A stretch of 64,000 nucleotides of DNA from Phoronis australis (lineage: Eukaryota; Animalia; Phoronida). Both the position numbers and the translations under genes were made by a program. Location of the stretch: NCBI GenBank assembly GCA_002633005.1, contig NMRA01000002.1, positions 2,464,528 to 2,528,527 on the forward strand. Reading direction: 5' to 3'. This document shows positions 55,701 through 64,000 of the stretch, piece after piece. The notes under the pieces were generated by a model. The model was not told where the DNA came from, did not search any database, and saw only the letters and a program-made list of their open reading frames with translations. Positions within the stretch are counted from its first letter, which is position 1, and each line of letters opens with the position of its first letter.

Positions 55701-55983
55701 TAGTATGACAATCAACTGCTTATTATGCTTATATTCACGACTTTAGGTCACCGGTGTAAGTCAGTCAGTGGTCTGATTTCTAAATCTAATGCTTTTAAAA
55801 CGTTTCACGGTATGTGGCTGTGGGTTTATATCCGCTTAAAGTAATGGGATAACAGGTCTGCAGACGTTCTCATACCTGAAATAAAATAAACACGTAGTAA
55901 GCTTACCCTTCCGCAAGTCTTGAACGAATGTAAAATCGACGATTGTTGATAGTCAGTCTTTCTTTGGCACAAGTACACCCCAT
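46742..55983 (-). CDS. STK16: Serine/threonine-protein kinase 16 (NAK family), 307 aa; exons 55907-55983, 51628-51865, 50506-50645, 49485-49605, 48498-48593, 47460-47584, 46742-46868
   Basis: Hand-spliced 924 nt with GT-AG junctions and consistent phases. N-terminal MGCTC (myristoylation/palmitoylation-type start), LAEGGFSTV, FALKR, HRDLKPGN, MDLGS in place of DFG, ERCTMTYRPPELF, IDERTDIWSLGC, GDSLALAV: all STK16 hallmarks, and the protein is kinase-only. Confidence 0.95.
53508..54444. mobile_element. Non-autonomous element with ~150-180 bp imperfect TIRs (CACTA/EnSpm-like) in STK16 intron 1
   Basis: 53508-53660 is the reverse complement of 54261-54444; the terminus reads CA(C/T)GGGT(A/G)AGAAACAACATGA, followed by TA at the right end. 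Confidence 0.75.
54951..55757. mobile_element. Tc1/mariner-pogo-like MITE
   Basis: Starts TACCGT; repeated CCTAAAGTCGTGA at the left end and inverted TTCACGACTTTAG at ~55539 and ~55734. Confidence 0.6.
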
Positions 55984-57519
55984 TTTTAAAAGGAACCCAA
56001 GACCTGGAGTGTTCATCATCACACCATTATATACAGCGTTGGTTGGCGCTTTTTAAAATTCATCGTTTCAAACCATTCGCCGTGTCTTTCAACAACATCA
56101 GATCGTAAAATATGAATAGATTTTTTTAATCGTGGACAAGTACGTGTCGAAAAACAAAACCTCTACTCTGGTGTGCGCCAGCAACGATAGAGTGACTAAA
56201 GCACTATCTATTGGCCACGCGAGTGCGATCAAAAACGAAGTGCCACCCCCGAACGGCAAAGTTTACTTATTAATATTCGTAAAACTAAAGAAACTGCCCA
56301 TCTGAAAGAGTAACCTCTGCGAACCAACGAAATAACTGGCCAGTTACACATTTTATAACTTAACACGTATTTTTGATCACCGTGTTCAACACGGATTCTT
56401 AATCAATCCACGTCCATCGAGGGGGGAGGGGGTGGGCTCACAAGTTAGATACATGTATATGGTGGAACATCACAGGTTAGAATCATTCGAAAACATGCAT
56501 GTGCCACTGATTCCTGGATAGAAACAATTTTACCTCGTTTAGGAAATTTCACAAAAGAAATCAAGTTATATACTGTATAACAGCAACCAAAGTCAGGGCC
56601 TGGTCTAGTAGTCGTCGAAATTATCATTCAAAAAATGTCAACTGAAGTCCACCATAGTCATAACCATAGAAATATATTTGCAAAAAATTAATTAAGCCCC
56701 TTGATGGGGTTCACGGCTTCAAACTGCCGACTGCCCGTTGTCGAGGATTGTAAAATACGCCGCTGGTCTGCCCTTTCCCGATCGGCTATTACTTTGGCCG
56801 ACACAAACAAAAAATTTTTTTATTTTCTTAGGCATACGGAAAACTGATTAAAATATTATCTGAAACAAGCATCCTGAGTCCCATAAACTGGCCCATAAAG
56901 CAACTCGAAAATGGCTTAACACAAAAATGAGCAAAATTTACCGCATTTTGTGCTCCAATTTAGCCCGGGTTCGGGAAAACCCTTTAAAAATTCAAAGACT
57001 GTCTTCTGATAGAGAGGTTCAATTTTTACAAAATATTATAATTTTTTTCTAACTTTTGTTTGAATCGTTTTAAAACTACTTCACTTACTGAACCTAGCAA
57101 ACCATAAATGGGCCATTTTGGCCGGGACAAAATATTGATGATGCTCTAACTAAAAAAATATTGACCCGAATTATTTGAAATAAACCTTTTGAGCATATCA
57201 CACGTTTTTTCAAGGTCTCAGTTAGTGACCCTAGAGTCGACCTTGTGGAATGACAGATAATAATGCTAAGAAAATTCACAGTTACAGATTGGGGCAATTT
57301 TATTCACCGACGGTGAGTACTCATGAAACACTTTTTTAAAAGTCTGAAATACTTCAGGATTTCAATTAGCTTCTTTGTCCACAATTTTTTCCTCAACGTT
57401 TCCACCTTGCTGTTACTGGCCGCCCCCCNCCCCCCCCCGTCAGTGAAACATGGGCAAATAAACCAAACCAGTTTAGTGTACCATGCTATTTAAATTTTTC
57501 TGTGCAACACATAAATAGA

Positions 57520-60500
57520 AGAAAATTTGGAAGAAACTCCGGAGAAGTGAGTGTATTTATCGAACACAAATTATGAAAATATTTTAGACGTTTGAAGGTT
57601 GATCATATTCACGGTGTAGTCTTAAAGGGCGACAAAAGGTTGTTTATGACGGAACGATGTTATTATTTACTGTGTTTTATGTAGCCCCAGAAGGGTCGCC
57701 AGTGTATGAAAACTCCGCAGAGAAAAATGGAGTAATACAGCTTGGCCATGAGTTGTTGAATTTGTCTCAGAAGTTTTGTGGCTGTCATTTTGTTGTCATG
57801 GGTGACCTAAATGCTAGAGCAGGAAACTTGCAAGACTATACTTTGGATGACAGTGCGGATTCCGTGTCAAGATTGGTATGATAGTGGCACATTTTGTTCG
57901 CCCAGGCAGTCTAAGGATAAAACTGCAAACACACACTCGCCTAGAGTAGGATAGTGGCCGAGTAGCAGAATTCCATGAAAAGTTTTCAAATTGCCTATCA
58001 GAAAGTCTAGATCAAATAGTTGAACAAATTGCTCGTGGCGACATAGAAAGTGCAACAGATGGTGTCACAAATCTATATAAACAAAGTGCTACATCTATGG
58101 CAATGTTTAAAAGAAAACATGTTTATGCTAAACGGCAGAGCAAACAACCCCTTGGTGAAACAAAGAATTACAAACTGCAAAAAGTAATTTACAAAATCAC
58201 TCTTTGAATAATTTTCGGAGAGACTGCTACCCTGGAAAATTGGCGGTAGACAAAGAAAATAAGAAACAATTTCGCATGTTGTACAACTATAAAAAGAAAA
58301 AGAGCATCAATCGAAGCTGCTAGAAAATATTTTGATAGTAGAAATAATCCAAAGAATTTCTGAGCTCTGGTAAAATCAAATTTTAATAGTAGTCCGAAGG
58401 AAACTTTGATAACTCCAGAACAGTGATACGTGTATTTTATTTTGTTGCTCAATGAACAGAGACACTATGTCAATTGCGGTCGTAAGACAGCAAGAAAATT
58501 ATGACAACTATTGTGATGCTTGTGACGAAAATTTGCCCAATGATATGAACACTTGTTTCTCATGCGCGGAAATTGATTGTGCTATGATGGATCTTGCAAA
58601 CGGTAAAGCAGCCGGTATTGATCATGTTGTGTTTGAGACGTTGAAGAGTACAAGGATAGCTATTGTTCCCATAGACGCACCCAGGGGGGCTCAAATTGGG
58701 CAAAAAGGTCCGTCCCAGTGAAACAAAAAGTCCGGGGAAACGATACAAAAGTCCACAAAGACCACAGGAATTCGGCGCGGATGCACGATTGGCAGGCCTG
58801 AACCCAATGGCCCAGTTTTTTTAGTCCTCGTTGATTTTTTTGAGTAAACTGTCTGCATGTCGAAGAATTCGAGACCCCCTATATTCTAGGCTGTGTGCGC
58901 GCATGTTTCCTGTATTGGAACTGCTTTTCAATGGAATTCTCGCTACAGGGCTGGTGTGACGTCACACACAATAATTGTCCCTATATTCGAACAGGGTAAC
59001 ACTGAAGATGAGAACAATTATGGAGGTATCTCATTGTTGTCAGCAGTGGGAAAGCTAGTCACCAAACTTTTGAATAACAGGCTTAGCACCTGAGCTGAAG
59101 CAAATGACGAACTTGGTGAATTACAGGCAGAATTCCACGCTTCAGTCCATGCGCCAAAAATATATCACTAAGCCCGGGGGTCCATTGTGCTCTTTTCGAC
59201 TTTTCGAAGGTGTTTGACAGAGTTCCTCATATACTACTCTGGTATAGATTACAAAAAATAGTGTCCATTTGTACTAAAATCCATGTACAGCGAATTACGT
59301 TCATGTGTAAGGACTCGAGAAGGGTTAATCGATTTTTGACTGTTCTGTCGGCACCAGACAAGGGTGTATGATCAGACCACTATTGTTTAGCATGTATCTG
59401 AACCAAGTTATCGAAGTCCTAGATAATGCCCAAAACACTACATGTAGATGGATTTATATGAATGAATAGGCGACGAAGTCAAATGCTGTTGTATGTCGAT
59501 GACATAGTTCTGTGTTTGAGCACTCAAAAATTAATTTGCACATAATGTTAAACTCACTTTGTGATTATTGGTCTTCTTGGGGCATGAGTATAAATCTGAA
59601 AAAACTAAGATCACTGTTTTTAGAAATGACGGGCCACTCAGAGCGTATGAGAAATGGTATTATGGAAATCAATTGGGTGCAGGTTGTCTCCCAATACAAA
59701 TATCTTGGAATATTTTTGCACCAAGACTAGTTTGGTCCAAAGCTACTAAAACTCTGGCACGTCAAGTTAATAAAGCTGCTATGTCTATCTCCAAAATTAG
59801 AAACCGGTGCACGGAATTACCATTGAGCCTATCACTTGAACTGTTTGATAAAATTGCTGTGTCAACTATGTGGGGATTTAAAGAATATGAATGGCTTGAA
59901 AACGTGTATGTTACATTCTATAAAATTGCTCTTGGAGTTTGGAACACTTGCTCAAACGCAGCTGCTTTTGGCGAATGTGGAATTTATCCTATCTATGCAA
60001 AGTACTATGACACGTGTGTAAAATATTGGCTAAAGTTGTTGGAAATGCCACCCACTAGATACGCTAAAGCGGCTTATGACATCTTAGCTGATTTACATAC
60101 AGATCTGAACGGGAGAAATACTTGGGTATCTTCTGTTAGATAATTTCTATCAAAATGCGGGTTTTATGAAATTTGGTTGAATCAAAGAGTCACGTGCGAA
60201 GCCTAGTTCTTGAGTACCTTCTTGTGACTCCTATGAGCAAGGTTGGCGCTAAGAAATTGAGCATGATACATAACTTAAATACTACTCTAACTTTAAGAAT
60301 CTGTACTGTTTTGAACCGTATCTTAAGTTACCGCTACATAATGGTCTTTTCAAGCGTTAACTCGGCTACGTTGCTCCAATCATAGACTACAAGTGGAAGT
60401 GGGTAGACACGAGAAAGTGGAATAGATTATGTTTGATTTGCAATGATGGTCTTGTAGAGGATAAATACCACTTCCTGTTGATTTGCAAGGGATATTGTGA

Positions 60501-60636
60501 ACTTAGGTCTCGTTTTATGAAAGAAGTTCAATGGAAACACCCAACTCAAGAATCCTGTATGCGCCTACTTGCTAATCTAGAGATATCTGTTGTTAAATAT
60601 GTTTATACCACAATATTAGAGTCAAATGGCAGATAA
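57520..60636 (+). mobile_element. Decayed LINE ORF2 (APE endonuclease - RT - CCHC zinc knuckle), RTEX-like
   Basis: Fragments GDLNAR, GKAAGID, NYGGISLLS, DFSKVFDRVPH, GTRQGCMIRPLLFS, LLYVDDIVL, YKYLGI, HRLQVEVGRH, RLCLIC..VEDKYHFLLIC, with many stops and frameshifts. Clade assignment is by motif resemblance only. Confidence 0.88.
58670..58905. mobile_element. CATGCGCG-family MITE inserted into the LINE
   Basis: CATAGACGCACCCAG...CTGTGTGCGCGCATG; flanks GTTCC / TTTCC; the LINE RT sequence resumes after it. Confidence 0.8.
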
Positions 60637-60689
60637 AACCGTGTAATAACCCATAAAGTTATCTCACTAGTGAGATAACGATTTGGCGG

Positions 60690-60762
60690 GAAACCGAGGA
60701 CGGTGTCGAACCCGGGACCTTGGTATTGCTGATCGCCAACTTTAACCACTACACCACGCAGC
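60690..60762 (-). pseudogene. tRNA-like sequence (SINE head or pseudo-tRNA)
   Basis: Minus strand GCTGCGTGGTGTAGTGGTTAAAGTTGGCGATCAGCAATACCAAGGTCCCGGGTTCGACACCG has A-box and B-box matches, but the acceptor and anticodon stems are imperfect. Confidence 0.5.
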
Positions 60763-61310
60763 GAATGACGTCTTCACGAGTGAAAATAGAATACCTAAAT
60801 GAGCACGCGCAATAATCGCACGTTCATCAAACCGCATTGTACTGTACTTGTACGCTACGAAAAATAAGACACATAATTTCCATAAAAATGATATCTTAAT
60901 TCAGTGAATTTTTTCTCTCATGTCCTCTTACTTGTAAATCACCGATCTCCAGTTTGAATGCGGGTATCGTGTCGTCAGGATCTTTGACTTGAGAATTATA
61001 TTCAGTTACCAGTGGTAACCTACTTTAGCAGACGATAATTTCCCTGTCGAAGCTTAGCGTGTAAAAAAACGTGTTTTAAGCTATAATAGTTGCTTAACCT
61101 TCATTTAGAGATTCACTTCATTTCTATTTTGTTTTAATTTCCAATTGGTTTTGAGTATAAGCATTATTTGAGAAAAATAGCTCGGCTTTTCTTAAAAGGT
61201 CACGACCTCCGACCCCGGGCCTCTGACATAGAAAGTAGTTACAAAGCCGAGGCGAGTCGAGAAAGGTAGATCGATTCATTGCAATGTTTGTCGTTTAGTA
61301 TGTGGTATAA

Positions 61311-61476
61311 ATAGATTATTACATGTTCTCAGTCGTTATCCCCCTTATCTAGAGCCCTCGTGGATTTTGTAGAATTATCACCCCCTCGGGGCTGACGCCC
61401 CTCGGGCGATAATTCTCCAAAATCCACTCGGGCTCTAGATAACGGGGGATAACGACTTCGCCATGTAATAATCTAT
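61311..61476. repeat. 166-bp near-perfect palindrome (foldback MITE)
   Basis: ATAGATTATTACATG...AGTCGTTATCCCCC...TCTAGAGCCC...GTGGATTTT is mirrored by AAAATCCAC...GGGCTCTAGA...GGGGGATAACGACT...CATGTAATAATCTAT. Confidence 0.9.
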
Positions 61477-61915
61477 ATGTATTCTGCCCTTAAAACACCA
61501 AAACAACTCTTAAATGGGTTGACTGCGAATGCAAATGTGCCTGTTTAATTTTTGTTTATTGTGCTTGGGGCCAAGGGCCTTTAATACAAATAAACGCATG
61601 ATATAACGAATTCGCCGAACTCATGCAATATTTGTGATACTTTCCTTAACTTTCGAAATGGCAAGAAACTCGTGTGCCACATTGACGTAGTATTGTCATT
61701 AGCGGCAGCTGGTCATTGTTGCAAGAGATCTAATTAAGGATTGCATAATTTTGCTATTTTGACTCGTACCCGAAATGTAAAGCAAGGATATGAATAAACA
61801 GAATTGTTTTCGTAGACTGTGAATTCAAGACAGCAATGAAATTGTCCCAGTTCTTTTCATTTTTAAATGTAGTCAACAATGTCTCCGAATGCTCCGCTGA
61901 CATCTTCCGACATTC

Positions 61916-62056
61916 TTACACGCAACCCAGAACATCAGCTCTCATAGATATCTGGGAATACCAGGTGCGTGGCAAAATTCGAATGCAGCGAGCACTGATG
62001 CCATGATCTATGGTGTTCACCTTTGGAGTCTCCCCATCAAAGTTGGCCTCGAAAGT
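61916..62056 (-). CDS. Probable terminal exon encoding the C-terminal part of a discoidin / F5/8 type C domain
   Basis: Acceptor TTTGTTGCAG, then TFEANFDGETPKVNTIDHGISARCIRILPRTWYSQISMRADVLGCV*, matching the FA58C pattern F.xN.D....ARxIRIxPxxW...ISMRxE/DxxGC. Possible poly(A) signal at 61555-61560. Upstream exons were not found in the window. Confidence 0.8.
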   Translation of the reverse strand, partial: TFEANFDGETPKVNTIDHGISARCIRILPRTWYSQISMRADVLGCV

Positions 62057-64000
62057 CTGCAACAAATGATAAGTCTTATTAACTTTAGCGGCAGTAGGCT
62101 ACCTGTCACTTGGTGACATTGTTCTTTGACTGGACATTTCCACTTTTAGGCCATAACATGGATATAAAACAATAGATGTTCTGTTATTAAAATAAGCCCA
62201 ATATGCAGACAGTGGTGACGCCTTTGGTTTCGGTCAAAAATTGCCCGATAAAATCGAAACAGAGGATTTAGTTTCACAATTCAATAATCCACCTTCACCA
62301 TGATCATTGGCCATCATTTTGCTAGAATAGTGCCAGTAAGTTCCCTAGCATACATGTACACTCTTGTTCAGTGCCATGCTAGGCATTTCTGTATAGGTGA
62401 CTGTGTAATGACGTGTCAACGCAGCCTATTTCTAAAAATTTTTGGAGTAGTTTTGAGGTAGGTGTTACTAGTAGCTTCAGTGAATGTGATTTTCTTGTTT
62501 TAGTGAACATGCTCGGAATTAGAAAATGTCACTAGTTAGGCTGTAGATACAATTTTCATCAAGATGTCGCCGCCCTGTAACGTCGATGCATTTCTGCGTA
62601 GCAACTGAGAAATCGGCTGAGATTTCATGTACCCCTAACGACCCAGAATTGCAAGAAATCTAGTTCAGTAGCAGCACATGTGTAGAAATAGTAGGATGTT
62701 TGCTTTCAGAGTATGGTGTTGCCTTATGTTTAGCATTGGCAGAAACTGTGATGGCACTGGGCTACAAATTATCAATTTTGCGTTTTTGACACTTCTTTCG
62801 CAACCTAACTATTTCGATGGATGTGAAAGGGTCAAAAATACGAATATAAAAGCATTTGTGGTCAAATTCAGCGGTTTTGACGTGATGGACGACTCACAAC
62901 TTATCATTTTCGACAGAGTGGAAGAAAGGCAGAAAGTCCAGTCACGTGTGCACTTCAAGGCTAAACCAAGTGAGAACTGTATAATTCCTCTCAAGCGTAT
63001 TTGAGAAACATTATTCATTTGCATGGTTTCGCGACGTCAAGCGAGATATTGGTCTACAGAAAACTCTTCAGGTATCGCTGTGCTCAGCTACATCTTTCAG
63101 AAATGAAAGAAGCAGCGGCATATCCATTATCGGAGAAATTCATGATCTCCCTATGTCCAGGGTTGTGATATTGAAGTTTTAACAATGCATGTACTCTTAT
63201 AACGCTTTGTAATTATAATCTTAGTAGGCCGAAAATCAGATATTGTACATTTAGTAAAAACATTGAAAAAGCACAATATGAAAAAATTGCAAATTTAGAA
63301 AACCGTCGAAAACTGAATAGCCACTTATACGTACATGTATATAATGCGGAAAAGGTCATAATATTGAAACCAATTTCTCAAAACCTTTGCTATCGCATTT
63401 ACTTGCATCAAGGACCCGCCACATGACGAGATGTACTGAAGGAGCTTAAAAATACATAATATGTATTTTTAAAGATACTACTTCCTTTGCTTTCATGGAT
63501 CTAGACCACAAAACAATGAGCGGCAAGGTGGGGGTCAGCCGATTTTCACCAAATTTGGCACACAGGTAGTCCTATGGGATCTATACACAGCGGTATCATA
63601 TTTCCTCAAAATATTACGTTTTTCTAAAGTTATAGGCTCGAACACAATTTACGGCTTCGCAGCCATGTTTTCACGGTATAAAAACTGTCCAGTTTTAACG
63701 GTTCATATTTTTCCTTGAATGAAAGGTATTGATTTATTATTCACTTGGCATTGTTTAGTGGTGCCTGTAGATTGTTACACAGATGTCTTGAAACACGATT
63801 CCGATTTACCACCCTCATTTAGTAGTTTTACTACACTGCCCCCCGTTATGCCATTTTGAGGTTGTGTTCAGTACACTGCTGTACCAAATCTGCCCCCACT
63901 GTTATGAGAATGAAACTTAGCCAAAATGTTGACAAAACATGTTACTTTCATTTCATAAAATAAAAACTTTGTCAGCCAGTTTATTAGTTATACATTTTGG

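Noticed and set aside
62560-63180. ORFs upstream of the discoidin exon
   Set aside because: No F5/8C N-terminal motifs in the frames read; multiple stops.
1-64000. CRISPR arrays, rRNA, operons or prokaryotic defence systems
   Set aside because: The sequence is intron-containing eukaryotic DNA and no regularly spaced repeat-spacer array was seen.

Overview
Eukaryotic (invertebrate metazoan-like), AT-rich genomic DNA with GT-AG introns. All recognisable genes are on the minus strand. There are two tandem SLC16/monocarboxylate-transporter-family paralogs: gene A (1178-9675, 6 coding exons, 467 aa) and gene B (27876-38800/41293, 6 coding exons, 475-476 aa). There is also a complete 7-exon STK16 kinase gene (46742-55983, 307 aa) and the last exon of a discoidin (F5/8 type C) domain gene (61916-62056). 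Introns and intergenic DNA hold two decayed LINEs, many small non-autonomous DNA transposons and microsatellites. Most notable: (1) gene B has two intact, diverged copies of its first coding exon (TM1-TM2) that cannot be co-spliced in frame, suggesting mutually exclusive N-termini; (2) the octamer TACATGTA is strongly enriched and, with TAGGCCTA-type variants, demonstrably occurs as 6-bp insertions at TA sites; (3) several MITE families show 5-bp target-site duplications; (4) a (GAT)n microsatellite is the tail of a tiny TSD-flanked retroposon insertion. No prokaryotic systems, CRISPR arrays or rRNA were seen. Everything was read by eye and no searches were run.
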